Origin: Microbotryum violaceum
Taxonomy: Eukaryota
DNA length: 64,000 bases
NCBI GenBank assembly: GCA_001244265.2
Contig: CDLV01000008.1
Coordinates: forward strand, 124,001 to 188,000
Reading direction: 5' to 3'
Within the stretch, counting starts at the first letter, position 1. The number at the start of each line of letters is the position of its first letter. The notes below the pieces were generated by a model. It searched no databases. It was given only the letters and a program-made list of their open reading frames with translations, and was not told the DNA's origin. The translations under genes were made by a program, and so were the position numbers. Of the stretch, positions 1 to 13,580 are shown piece after piece.

Positions 1-2888
1 CCGCCGCCGACGTCGGATTACCCTTGGGTCCGAGCGCGCCAGCTCCCAGGATTCTTGGAGTGGAGACGGCGGCCCTGTTGTCGCTTCCTCCAGCGAGCGT
101 TGAATCGACGATGCGACTGCCGACCCAGGTAGTCACAAGCAACCCGATGTCGTATTACGACTCGACGGCGTCCACCTCGGACGATGAGCAGCACGATCAG
201 TCTCGCGCAACCCGGAGGTCACGGAACCGGCGAGCTCATGCGTCGGCGGGTCCATCTTCGACGGTCCAGACAATTTTCGAGGGACCGTTCCGACGAGCGT
301 CGTATGAGGTGCTCCCCGGAGCGCCGTCGACATCGACATCGGCGAATGGGACACCGCAGTACGGGAGCTTGGAACAGGCTCGCGGGTACGGTAGAGCCGG
401 CACGTGGCCTTCTGTACCTTCAAGAAGACTCTCCCAGCAATCAGACGCACCCAGAACATCGGCCCTTGCACAACTCAACGTAAATAACGCCCAAAAAGAT
501 GTTTCTCCGGAAGGTTTAGGTCTGCAGAATATCGAATATGGCGTCGAGGGCCGATCAAGACGTGAGTTTGCGAGCCCACGTTAGACCAATTGCTCGCCGC
601 CTCCTGGGACTGATGCGATGCAATATCTCGTACGCGTTCATACCCATACAGGGGGTACTGGAGAAGGTTACGATGGACGGAACTCATACGTTCCTGTCAG
701 CGGGGAGACGGCGTTCTCATCGGCGAACGAATCTTACAGCTCTCGGTCGCCCGCCTTTCTCCAGTCTTCACCCACTTCACCCGGCGAAGGACGATTTCCA
801 ACAACGTTACCCGGAGGAGGGTCTCCTACACTGGGAAGCGGCCCCTTCCACACCAAGGCGGCTCGTCCGTCTCCCGTGCGTCCAGCACGGTCGACCCGCT
901 TCCTGCCAGAGCAGGTCCACAAGCTTGAACGAGGTCGGAACAATGCGGGCAGCGCTTCGGAACCCCGACGCCCCAACGGCTCCGGCTCCTCTTTTTGGAG
1001 CGTCGAGCTTCAGCCCGACCACATCGTCTTTCCCGACTCCGCTCCGGTACCCTCACAGACTCGACGCTCGCGCTCACCTTCTTCCATCATGTCTCGTCGC
1101 TCGGGCGTCCTACCCGCGAACGCATTCGCCAGTTTGAGCACGACGAGCAACTACGACAGCGGCTTACTGGAGTACTCTGGCCGACCCGCGTCGATCAAAT
1201 CCGTCTGCAGCAGCACTACGGCGACCGAATTCGAGTCGCACAGGCTCTACTTTCCTCCACCCCCGCCGAAGCAATCCCCTAATCCGGCTTCGAACCCTTC
1301 GCTCGTCTTCCCCTCTGCGCCACGGCGGGCTCCACGCTCGCCGGACGCGACCCAAAATGGCGGTCCCTTCCCCGGACGACCTCGAGCCTCGCCCAAGGCA
1401 AGATCACCGGTGTTCCCTAGTGCCTCGTCGCCAGTGTCCAGCGAGCGATCGGTCCGCACCAGCGCCCTCCCCTTCTTAGGTCCAGCTTTGTCCTTTAGTA
1501 AGACGAGCCCCACAAAAACCAGCTCGCCTTTTCCGCTCGTCTTGGCGCCGTCTCTCCAGTCCGATCCTGATTCAGGTCCCGAGGATGAGCTTGATCAGAT
1601 GATCCGCGCGCAGCGTCGGGGGGTGTCCACGGCTCAAGCACCTCGCTTCGCGTCGACGGTTCGCACGCCTAAGGAGACGAACGTGTACGACGATCTGCTC
1701 GGCGAGGTCGACAAGGTCGAGCTCAAGGTCGCGGCGGTCAATCTCGGCCGGACTGCGCCTACCTCTTCACGCTCGGCTGCGCCAATGCACGCGGTACCCC
1801 AATCGGAATTTCTGAGTGCGGCTTTCGAGGAGGCGCTCGCCGCACCGCATAGACATCAACGCACGATCTCGGGGGATACGGTCGCTTCTGACTCGTCTGC
1901 TGATTACTTTGACGCCAACGAGGGATCAATATCTCCGCTTCGGTCCTCGGAATCGAGTGACGGCGATGGCAAGCACCAGAATGGCATGCCCCGGACCGGG
2001 CATTCGACGTCCGCGTGCGACCAACTGCGCAGGATGTCGGCGATTGGCGAGGAGGCCGAGGAGGAAGCCGAGGAGGGCGATTGCCGCAACTCGATCTTGA
2101 CGCTGCGACGGCGGTCGTCGCCTCGCAACTCCAAGAACCTCTCCATCCTGCCTCCGCCTATCGACGAGAACGTGCGTTCATCCGAACCACCGCGGGATGC
2201 GCAGTCCATGCTCCCCAAAACACCACCTCGACCCCCGCCGCCGTCTCTGCCCCTGTCCCCGGCCCTATCCTCGTCTTCACCCTCGTCGAACGTGTTGCGC
2301 AATCGAGACCTGGCGCACTCGGCGTCGGTCAACTCGATGCGATCGATGCCTTCGACGCCGAATCGGACCCTACAGATCCCAGGCCGTTCAATGTACTCGC
2401 TCTCGAACGAGAGCTCGGTATCGACGCGCAGCTACGCAGGTTCGGTCGCCCCCTCGACGCGGTCGACGCGTTCGATCACGAAGCGGTTCGGGAGTTTCCT
2501 CAGCGGCACGTCTTCGACCTCTTCGTCCCCGCGGACCAAGTCGTTCAGCGCTAAGAATGGGAAGTTGAACATGGTCGGCATCAGCTCCGAGGCGATCCGT
2601 GCAGCAGGCCTGTTCCAAGACGACGGGCCCGAATTGCTCACCGGCGAAGGTGACCCCCAAGCAAGCTCGACGCAGGGGCTCATGCCTTGCTTGCCGCTGT
2701 TGGAGCATGGGAATGGAGCCTCTTCATCCAGTTTGAACCTTTATAAGGCCTCCGAAGAAGTGACGCAACTTGAAGGGCTATTCGCTCGTTTCGAGAGGAA
2801 GGAGAAGGAGCGGTTGAAGAGCATCACCGCGCATCGCACTCGCAACGCATCGGCCCCGGCGGTAGTTGGAATCGCATCTGTAACTTAG
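1..2888 (+). CDS. Ser/Pro/Arg-rich low-complexity hypothetical protein, probably 5'-truncated by the window edge
   Basis: ORFs 24-584 and 618-2888 are in the same frame and are joined by a canonical 90-nt intron (GTGAGT at 562, ACTGAT branch-like site, CAG at 651) that removes the TAG at 582-584. The frame is open from position 3. No recognisable domain. Confidence 0.75.
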
Positions 2889-4071
2889 GGCGATTTATTT
2901 GTTTGGCTAAGATGCATATCATATTGACAGTTCCGGGAATACCTTGGGCCATTGTAATATTATATTTATCAGTAAGTAGTCGTGGGTTGCTTGATTCGTC
3001 TTTGACTCGACACCGGTTGAGTTCCGGAGACCCCTTTCCTGCCCTATACGCTACCCCACATCCGGGCGCTGCCCCACCCACTTATGCACGGTTCACTGCA
3101 ATGGCTGCGCCGATGTTCCTTTGACCTGGGACAATAAGAGCTGCTGCTTGACAGACAACTCCTCGTTTTGAAAGAGCCATGACGACGCGCAGAGCCACTC
3201 GACTCGAACCTCACTGGGCACCATTGTTAACACGCGCGGCCGCACGAATTAGCGGCTTCGACGTTGCAAGAACGAGGTATCTTCCTCGCACCTGTTCGTT
3301 CTCATACAACCGACTTGGATCGCGTGTTCGCCTCATTTTGACGTGGTTAGGGTGGCATCTGTAGACCTACCGCCGACTATTACGACCCCAAGACACGATT
3401 TTGCCTGCTGGATTCGCCATCGCGTCTCGTGCTGCCTGCAGGCTGGACTCCACGCTCTTGCTCGATCAGTCGCCGGCCTCCCCACCTCAGCGCCTCAGCG
3501 CAAGTCCACGCGACGGCTCCCTTCCGTAACAGGTCCAGTCTCATCGACGGCGGCGTCGCCAAGTGAAATCGGTCGCGTCCGTGCACACCAGCGGAGAGCT
3601 CCGGGGGCGTCCGAGTCAACCCACATGCTGAGTGACGGCGCAAGGCTTTGATTTGACCTCCCAAGTCTGGTGAGTGCGAGTATTTGAGGGGACGCGGCGC
3701 CGCGACCTGTCGTGCTGGGCGACGAGGTCTATCAGAGGTGGCTTCCAAGTCGATCCTCAGCGAGCTGGGCACAAATGCAGATGCAGAGGTGGGGGACGAC
3801 GCGTCTAAATCGACATGGTGGCTGAGGATTGCATGTCTTAAAACGTGTGTGGACTCGTTTGCCACTCTACTTCGATACAACCCGCGAGCAAAGGGAACTC
3901 CGCGGTCGGCCTCTCAGCTCGCCTCGCAACTCTGCGTAATTCAATGCTCCTCGCCCAGCTGCAGCCCAATCCAGTGCCCGCAGCTACACAATCGCATCGC
4001 AGGCACGATTAGCCCTTGCATGCACATTGGGCTGACCTGCTTGAGTAACACCACCAGACTTCATCGAAACC

Positions 4072-7000
4072 ATGCACCACCTCCGACGCTTGCCGAGCGC
4101 GGCCTCCTTCTCATCCATGTTCGGTGGACCTCCCCCTTCGTCCGACACGACACCGACCTCGCCGTCGTCGGAAGCGAGAAGTCGATCCTTTTCGATCGCG
4201 TCGTCGAGCCTTGCTGATGCGCTCGACAACGACATCCACGCCGGTCTCCACCTCAATGACGGAGAAGGGCCGTCGTCGCCGATCATTGACGAGGTCAGCG
4301 TCGCCAACAGCGAAATCATTGCCGCTCTCGAAGCGTTGCAGATCACCCAGCGCGCAGGGTATTCCGAGCGATTGCGATTGATCGCCAAGATCCAGCACAT
4401 CATGATTGATCAGGTTCGTTTTCATCTCTCCTGCCGAGGTGTTACTTCGCCATCGCCTCGAACTTGCTCGAGCTGACACGCTCATACGTCGATCCCGAGC
4501 AGCCCGAAACTCGAAATGCTTTTCGCGAGCACGGTGGATTCCTCAATGCCGTTTCCGTCCTCGCATCCCTCGAGGAGCGAGCAGCGGCCGAACATCATGG
4601 CGGGGTCGGCATCGATACGTCCGAGCAACGGCACGAACTGCGGTACGAACTCGTCAAGCTCGTCTTCGCCGTCCTGGCTCTTGCCTTCGAAGGGCATGAC
4701 GTCAACCGGTCGACGTTCAACGACACGGTCGGGTACGAGGCTATCGGCGAGGCGATCAAGTTGAGTGGGCTCATGGAAGCCCAAATCGACGATAAGGACG
4801 TAGCATCTGGCTCGTCGACGACGGTCGAAGGACTGCCCGCTTCCCCCACTCCCGCCGAAAAGCTCTTCTCGATCCTCTATGCGTTCCTCACCGCCGACTT
4901 CTCCTCCCCGCCAATCTACTCTTACCTTCGGCGGCACCTCAATCCGCCCTCTCCGGCCGAAACGGAATCTGCTCCCGTGGTGTTTGACGCCGATGCCAAG
5001 CCGGTAAAGGCGGTGATTGATCTTGCCGCCGACGCGGAACGTATCGTCGTCTTGCTGGCCGAACGCGCCGATGCAGTCCGGGAATCAGGAGGCGAGGCGG
5101 CCGAACACCCCGAGGTCGTGCCGCTGATGCTCAACTTGGCATCTCAACTCGGCGAGAATGAGATCGTGCTGCGCCTGGCCGTGCTGTCCTCTCTGTTGCA
5201 GCTCATCTGGAGCTCGACACGGTCCCAGGTCGCGCTTAACGAGGTTGGGCTCGTCGGGATCGCCTTGTCGAGACTGATCCCGTCTCAGGAGCAGAAGCAA
5301 GACGACCTGTCGCCGGTCGAGAGGGACCTTTGGATCAAGTTGATGCAGCGAACCCTCGAAATGGGCTCCGATACGCACAACTCGCGGCGGCTGTTCCAAC
5401 TCGCCGTCAAGGGGTGGCAGGGGACGGACGAGGAGGAAACCCTCGACGAAGAGGTGCTCGAATTGATCCTCATCGGGGTGCGGCGGTCGCGGTTCCCAAG
5501 CTTCATCCACTTTGATTTGTCCCCGACAGGCTATTCGGCTCTGGTGCTTCCTTCGCTGGGCCGCGTCTTTCCTCCGGCGACCGTCGGCTATACCTTCATG
5601 GGGTGGATCTCGATCGACGTGCCTCCGCGAGCAGGGGACAGCTTCAGCGTGCTGGGATGCGGTGACTCGTCGGGAAAATGCCATTTCCAACTCAGCATCA
5701 CGTCGGATCTTCAGTTCGCGGTCTCGACCTCCCCTTCCAAGCCCCCCGTCGTCTTCACAAACCACTGGCTGCAGTTGGGCAAGTTCCAACACGTTGCTCT
5801 CGTCCACCAGCGACCCAAGTACGTGCTTTCGTCCCCGATCTCTCTCTACGTCGACGGACAACTCGTCGATACGAGCAAAATAGCGTACCCAACGGCGCCG
5901 CCCAAGGACTGTGACGTGCAAGCATGGCTCGGGACGCCGACGGAGCGGGTCGCCGAGGGCGGGCTTGGGAAGGGACTGAATCGAGTCAAGTGGAACCTGG
6001 GGCCGACATGGCTCTTGCACGCGGAGCTGCCGGAGCAGATGATATACGTGTGCTGGACGCTCGGCCCGCGCTATGCGGGCTTATTCCAGGACCAACTGGG
6101 CCAGTTTCAAACGAACGCCTCGTCGACGGACCTCAACGTGCGGCTCGAGATCGCGGCCTCGAATGGGAACGCTCAACCGGCGACGCAGGCGCTTATACAA
6201 GCGATCCGCGAACGGGGGAGTGCGGTCGTCCCCGACCACAAGATCTATTTCGCCTTCTCGGCACTCAACGTGCTCGCCGCTGGCTCGTCCAGAGGGATCT
6301 TGGGGACGGGACTTTCGGACCGGGCTCGACAGGCCCTCGCTTCGACGGCGGCCTCGCCGAGAGGCAAAGCGATCGTCAACTCGGCCATTCCGCGCAAAAC
6401 CGACGATGTCCTCCTGATGCCGAATGGGTTGGGTCACTTGACACAAGCGCACGCGTGCAACCCGAGAGGACTCGATGCTGCGGTGTGGAAGATTGGGGGA
6501 GTCTCGGTAGTGACGAAGCTCATTGAGCTGTCCAAGACGTCGGCACAGCTCGCTACGACTGTGCAGCTGTTTGTCGAATGCATTCAAGATAGTTGGAGGA
6601 ACAGTGAGGATGCGGGTAAGTCCAGCATCTGGGTCGAGTGAAGCTAATGAAGCCTTGAACTGAGCTCGAGTTTTGCTCGACAGAACGAACACAAGCCTAC
6701 GAAACGCTGGCCTATTTGCTCCGGCACAAAGCGAGCCTCATCGATGCCCGCACCCATGATATTATACTGAGCTTTTGCGGTCTCGATGTGGACGAACCGA
6801 CACGCTCCATCGTTTCCAACGTCCTCGCTTTCCGCTTCATCATCCTCGACCTGGTACTGTGGGGCGCCACCGACCTGCCAATGCAGCAGCGCCACCTTCA
6901 GCGCCTGCGCGACTTTGTCCACCGCAGCGAACACGCCTCTTTCAACATGCGACGCGTCGTCAAGATGCACCTTGTTCGCAAGCTACTATTTTCGCTCAGA

Positions 7001-10000
7001 GCTGGTTTGTTCTATCCTTCGATGAACGATGAGATCGTGGACTTTTTGATGCTCGTCTTGACGGCCCACTTCTCAACCGAGACGGTGCGCCATGTCGCGA
7101 CCTTCTTGACGGCTACACTTTGCCAAGGTGAGTCGTGACCAGAGCGTAGCTTTGGGCGCTACACCGAGTTGACCTGTTTGATTCGGACCTGTGCAGTTGT
7201 CCACGTCTCGGCCCACCCTATAGAGCCGGCAGAGAACATCGATAGCCCCGATCCCGAAGCCGAGAACCCAGCCGAAGCGTTCGTACTGGACGTTCGGCGG
7301 CTCGATGCTGGATCATATGCGGCGTCACTCCGTGTATTGTCGGCGCTGCATGACCTCGTGCTAGGGACCGAATCAACGCAAGCGCTCGCCAAGTTTGCCA
7401 AAGTCATCACGACTAAATGGACGCTACTGTTCATTCTTGATCGGACGGCGCCGCCGCTTGCTGCGGTGCTGAGCTTGCGCATCTTGGTCCGGCTTTTGCA
7501 GACGCAGGGTTCAGCGTTCGTGGCCAAGTTTGCAAATTCGACGGATGGTTATCAGATGCTCCGGAGTGCGACCCCGCACCTGTGGAACTTTGGCCAGATC
7601 CACCTCGCGCTCTTTGCGCTGCTGCACGGTCGCGACATCTCCAAAGTCTCGCTCGATGCCGACTTCTCCCCCTCGGTCTTTGCGACCTGCTCGGTCGACC
7701 TGTCACCCGTCGCGTCCGAGGTCGTCCGGGTCCTCGTCGCCTGCGTCGCACGAGGCGTCATGGTCCTCGAGCGTAAACCGGCCGAGGCGGTGACGAGGGA
7801 ATTTGTCACTCCGCAGATAGGGATCGACAAGTCGCCGGCTCTGAACGGCGGCGAGAATCCCAAGCCGAGGTTACGGACACGCCTTTCGCTGGCTCAAGGA
7901 TTTGACGTCGTTCTGGCGCTGTTGGACCAAGCCAATCGCGCGACCACGGGTTCCCACGACCATCTCGCGACGTCGGCTGTGGCGCTCCCCGATCTCGTAG
8001 CGGCGCTCAAACCTGCCTTGCGACTCGTTGGCGAGCTCGAGTACGCACCGGCTGAACACGTCCCCTCGTTGCCGATCATCACACCGCGGAACGGCTACCA
8101 CTTTGTCGCCACCGTCCGCCGAGGATCCCGCGTCTCCATCGATTCGTTCTCCTCGGGGCCAGCAGAGGAAAGTGCCGGGCTCGGAGTACTTGGGGTGCCT
8201 CTTTCGACCTCGAACTCTTCCAGACTCGAGGCCTCGCTTGCGTCACCACTCTGGACGTCGGTCATGCCCGATGGCCAGTGGCCACCGATCTTTGACGACC
8301 CCAAAACGATGGGTCCTGCCGCGACCTCGCTGCTGGACTTTTTGTCGTCACAAGTCACGGACGCCATCACGACGCGTCATGTCAAGCGAATGTCGATTAG
8401 TGGCTTCGATCTTCCCATGACGTCGGCGGAACCACCTTTGCAAATCTTGCGCGACATGATCGACGCCTCGGCTTCGTCGGACCTCCGCTCGCAAGCCACG
8501 TTTCGCACGTCGCTGCTCCGCGCCATCATGGACAGGCTGACGCGTGCCAGCACGGCGACGATTGTGGCGAACCGCGTCGCCAACTTTGTCGAGTTTGCGA
8601 CCGAGCAAGCCTTCCAAGGATGGTACGCCGACATTGTTTACCTCATCAAGTTCGTCCTCTCATACATCGAGAAACTGCTCGACGAGTCGGCCCTGTCGGT
8701 CCCGCTGGATGCGGCCAAGCCGTTCGTGCAGTTGTACAAGTCGGCGAATCGATTGGTTTTGCTCGCCCTTGCCGACGACCTCGAAGTACCCGAGACGGTG
8801 CTCAACGTTCTGGTTCACCACCAGCTCACGCTCTTCGCGGGTCAGAACGCGGAGCCCGAGTTCTTCCGCCTACTCGTGTACCGCCTCAGCGTTCTGACGA
8901 TCGCCTCGCGTGAACCAGCCCCCTTAGTCGACTTTTTCAAGTTGCTCGTGCTGCAGCGGTCGGGTGACGTCGAAGATGCGTTGGGACAGCAGCGGAAACA
9001 CGACTTTGAGCCGCCGTTCTCTAGCAAGGCCATCGATACCGACGTTGAAGGCTTTGTGACCTTGCTCATGTCGAGTGAGCCGCAGATCGAAGACCTGAGC
9101 GACTTTTGGGACGGCTTCATTGCGGGCGAGGTGTCTCGGCTGCGGCCGATTCTGGAGAAGGACATTGTGCGATTGGAGGAGCTGGCCACGTCGCTGAAAC
9201 AAAAACGCGATGCGCAGCGCAAGCGCATGCGAACACAACGCACGGCAATCTACGACTGGAGCGAAGGCATTCACGAAGTCGAAGCGACCCGCGTCGCGCA
9301 CACCCGCCAGGACTTTACCGATCATGCGGCCTACATCCATGCCGAGTGGATCGATCGATCGCAGGCGCTGTACAGGGAACGAGGCATTTGGGGCATGCCT
9401 TTACCAACAGATCGATGGCAACTTGATTTCACCCAAGGACCGTATCGAATCCGCAAGAAGCTGCAGGCCGAGTTGCCGAAGAAGATTGCGCTGCCGCCGG
9501 CGGATACTTTAACTTCGAACCGGTACAGGCGGATGGGCAACGGCTCGACGAGTCGTCACGAATCAATCTCGCAATCACCCGAGATCACTCTACGTAAGTC
9601 CCGGATCCCAAGTCTAGAGAGAACCTAGACTGACCCAATCCGCTGTCCACAGTCAAAGTGCAAGCTGCGACACCAGTGCCTGTCTCATCGCCGGGGCAGA
9701 GTAATTTGCCGGCCGAAGAGTCGATGTGGGTTGAAGGCGCCAGCATGGAGACCACGATGATGGACAGCGATTCGCCCGAGCCGGTCACGGACGAGGATAA
9801 GAACCGCAAGGTCAGAAGATCGCTCGAATCCGGAGACGTGATCGAGTCCGTGTTCAACATCAACCGCATCGTCGGTCTTGACGCTGTCGCTGGACTGTTG
9901 CTGCTTGCCAAAAAGAATGTCTACATTATCGACGGCTTTTTCCAAACCTCGTCGGGGGATCTCGTTGATGCGTGGGAGGCCCCAGAGGAGGTCAGTATTT

Positions 10001-12832
10001 GAGCGATAGCCTCAGCGGCCCTCGCTACATGCTAATCTTGGCTCTCTGTCGTTATAGGAACGAGATCGTCACCTTCAGACGCTGGCCGAGTTGGCCGGTC
10101 AATCGACGGCTTCGGCCCATGAAGTCGACATCGCTCACCGAAGTCGCCGATGGGCGTGGATGGACCTGCTTGAGGTGCACGAGCGAAAGTACCTGTTCCG
10201 CAATGTCGCGCTCGAGCTCTTCTTCGCCGACGGTCGCAGTTTCCTCCTCACCTTTTCGAAAGAAAAACGACAGGCCGCACAGAGCGGGATCGCGGCTCGC
10301 AACCCGGGTTCGGTTGCTACGGGTTCGCTCCACATTGTCGGCGCCACACTCGGCGCCAAGTTCTCCGACGCCGTGCTGGGCCAAAAGACTAAGCTCGAGC
10401 ACATCACGAAGCGCTGGGAGCGGCGCGAGATGAGCAACTTCGAATACCTCATGCACCTCAACACCATCAGCGGTCGCACCTACGCCGACTTGACGAATTA
10501 CCCCGTCTTCCCATGGGTCCTGGCCGATTACCGCAGCGACTCGCTGGACCTGACGGACCCGGCGACGTTCCGCGATCTTTCTAAGCCGATGGGGGCCCAA
10601 AACCCGCAACGAGAGGCCGAGTTTGCAGAACGCTACCAGCAGTTGCAGGAGCTCGAGGACGGGACCAAGCCGTTCCACTACGGCACACACTACAGTTCGG
10701 CCATGATCACGGTCGGGTATTTGATCAGATTGAGGCCATTTACAGAATCGTACCTCGACTTGCAAGGCGGCTTTGACCACGCCGATCGCATGTTCCACAA
10801 CCTTGCCAAAGCGTGGGACTCGTGTTCGCGCCTGAGCCACTCGGACGTGCGCGAACTCATCCCCGAGTTCTTCTTCTTGCCCGATTTTTTGCGCAACGCC
10901 AACGGTCTCAAGCTGGGTCTACGGCAAGAGAGCGATGCGCCGATCGACGACGTGGCCCTGCCACCGTGGGCCAAGAACGACCCCCGACTCTTCATCGAGC
11001 TGCACAGGAAGGCACTCGAGTCGGACTATGTTTCGGCGCATCTGCACCTCTGGATTGACCTCATTTGGGGCTACAAGTCTGGCACCGGAGACGATGCGAT
11101 CAAGGCCGTCAACGTTTTCCACCATCTTTCTTACGAGGGGGCGATTGGTGAGCTCACCCCGAGTTTTCGTCCTTGCGATCGCCGTACTGAGCAGGTAATG
11201 TATCCCCTTTTAGACTTGGATTCGATCGCCAACGTGGACGAACGGCGTGCAGCAACTTCGACCATTCACAGCTTTGGAATGTGAGTCGTCAGAAACACAT
11301 TCGAAAGCTCTCGATCCGGATCGCGCGCTGATCTCCTCTCTTCCCCATGCCCCAGGACCCCCAAACAATTGTTCTCAAAGCCACACCCGACCCGCATTCC
11401 TCCGTTGGTCGCAAAGGCCACGAGGCCCATTTTCAGCCACGATAATTCTATTGAGCAGCAGTACACGACGCTGATCCAATCCATTGTGCCGGTCTGCGAC
11501 ATTGGCCAGCACATCTCGGCTATCCACCCTTCGACGACGCCCGAAAAAACGACTGCGACGGGATCACACACGCTCGCTTTCCCTGGGGATGCTTCACACT
11601 CGGTCTCGTGGGGCTACGCGGATCAAGCTGTGCGTGTGCACGCCAAGGGCAACAACAACCCTACATCGCTGTTCGAAGGCATGCATTCCGAATGTGAGAT
11701 CGCCCTTCCACTATAATGTCTAGCTACACAGCAGCAGCTGACCCAAATGCGCCTACCTTTTCCGCAGTCGTGTCCGCCGCTTGCTTTGCGGATGTTCGCA
11801 CCTTTGTCACGGCCTCGACTGATACGAACGTGTCCTTGTGGCGGTGGCGGTGGAAGCACCATCAGCGAGGCGAGGTCCAGTTCCAGCAGGTCGAGTGCCT
11901 CCGAGGCCATTCCGATCAGGTGGTCTGCCTCGCTGCTTCCCGACCGTACTCGATCGTGGTCTCTGGATCGGACGATAAAACGGCCATCATCTGGGATCTC
12001 AATCGGCAGCGCGTGAGTGAACGCGGTTTCGTGTCTCTACGGCTGGTGCAGCACCCGTCTAACTCTGTCTGTCTACCCCTAGTTCGTGCGTGTTCTGGAA
12101 GGGCACGAGGGGCGCGTACAGTTGGTTACCATCGTCAGTCAATGAAGAGCTCAATCATTGTAGAGCCGCGGTATTAAGTCCCTCTGTCGAGCGCATGCTG
12201 ATCTAAGCCCCGTACATCCACAGAGCGATACGACGGGAGACATTGCTACCTGCAGCGGGTCCGCTCTCCGGCTTTGGACGGTCAACGGTGTACTCATGGC
12301 GACGCAATCAACGTCCAACTTCGTTGACCCCATCACTGCCGTCGCATTCTCGCAGCACGAGACTGCTCCTCTTGTCGCCACGGGCCACCGAGGCGGAAGA
12401 ATCATGCTGTGGGAGCGTGTGAAGTCCGACACGGAGCCGACCGGCTGGGCACTCAAGCTTGTCCACACGCTGCGGCACAAGGATCGCCTCGACGCGAGAC
12501 CCGTACCCGACATTACGTGCCTCACCTTCACGCGCCGGCAGTTATACTCTGGCGATTCGAGCGGCCGGTGCTACCTCTGGTCGCCTCCAGGCGTCGAGCT
12601 GTTCCTTCCCGACTCGATTGGCGGAGGGTCTTGCATGGGTTGCAAGCAAGCCTTTGGATTGCTCGAGACTCGACGCAGGTGCTCGTCATGTGCGGGGATC
12701 TTCTGCACGATGTGCACGACGACGAGTGTCGAGGTCGGGGGTCGCTTCTGCGCTAGCTGCTTCCGAGTGCTCTCACCTCTTGCGGTCGTAGAGCCAGCGG
12801 CTCCGCTGACGCTCACCGTCGCCGAGGGGTGA
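4072..12832 (+). CDS. Beige/BEACH-domain protein (ConA-like, PH-BEACH, WD40 repeats, C-terminal FYVE-like finger); WDFY3/Bph1-like; multi-exon
   Basis: BEACH motifs 'MSNFEYLMHLNTISGRTYADLTNYPVFPWVLADY', 'PFHYGTHYSSA', 'DVRELIPEFF' and 'LESDYVSAHLHLWIDLIWGYK'; PH region 'RKYLFRNVALELFFADGRS'; WD40 'GHSDQVVCLAASRPYSIVVSGSDDKTAIIWD'; 8-Cys finger at the C-terminus. Exons are joined by GT-AG introns. Confidence 0.95.
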
Positions 12833-13580
12833 ATGAATCGTTCTTCTTGAAGTTTTAGTTAGTAATCCTTTTTGATGTAGTACCGGAATCCTCCTCATTG
12901 ACAAAGTCAACAATGCCTCACCATTACCGTAACCCCTGAGGACCCTCTGACATCCGGGTCTAGGCGCCTGACCCCCTAGCCTCCGTCTAGCTGGCATCTT
13001 GTAGCGGTCGTTCATGAGCCATGCCCAGTCACGAAAAATCATTCGAGTCAATGTGATCGGGACGGTGGCAGTCGGAGGCCGGTGACGTTACGCCGAGCAG
13101 GTTCTTCAAAGACTTTACAAAAAAGTTTCGTCGAGACGTTTTCCCCCAAGTCCGTCTGAACACTTGAATCGTTTTAGTTAGACCCGAACACTCTTTGAAG
13201 AAGGAGCAAAAATGCAGCTACCTAAACCTTCGGCTTAACATTCTCTCAAACTATAACGACTCGAAACAAGGGAGCCGAGGGCGGGAAGTGGCTCGCATGT
13301 GGGCTAGAACCCCAGGAAGACCTCCGGTTCCTTTCGGCCTGGGATACCCGGCGCCGCCAACGTGATCTTCAGTCCACGCAGTCTTATGATCGACCATCCC
13401 CTCCACTTAGTTTGCAATCGGTCGACAGCTGGATGGACATGATACAGTTCTAGATAGATATATCAACAGGTACCGCAAAGAAAAGTACATAGTTTGGGCC
13501 AGTCCGAATCGCTGACTCCTTGGAAAATCTAACAGACATCAGAAATGGACTTGAGCGTCGAGATCGACGAAGAAGGACGC

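Noticed and set aside
5085-10840. Long antisense ORFs (e.g. 5085-6020, 6081-6692, 10052-10840; also 22437-23321 and 29221-30015)
   Set aside because: They overlap well-supported genes on the other strand and are expected in GC-rich coding DNA. No motifs.
13102-13202. 11-bp inverted repeat TTCTTCAAAGA / TCTTTGAAGAA in intergenic DNA
   Set aside because: Too short, with no TSD or other support. Compatible with chance.
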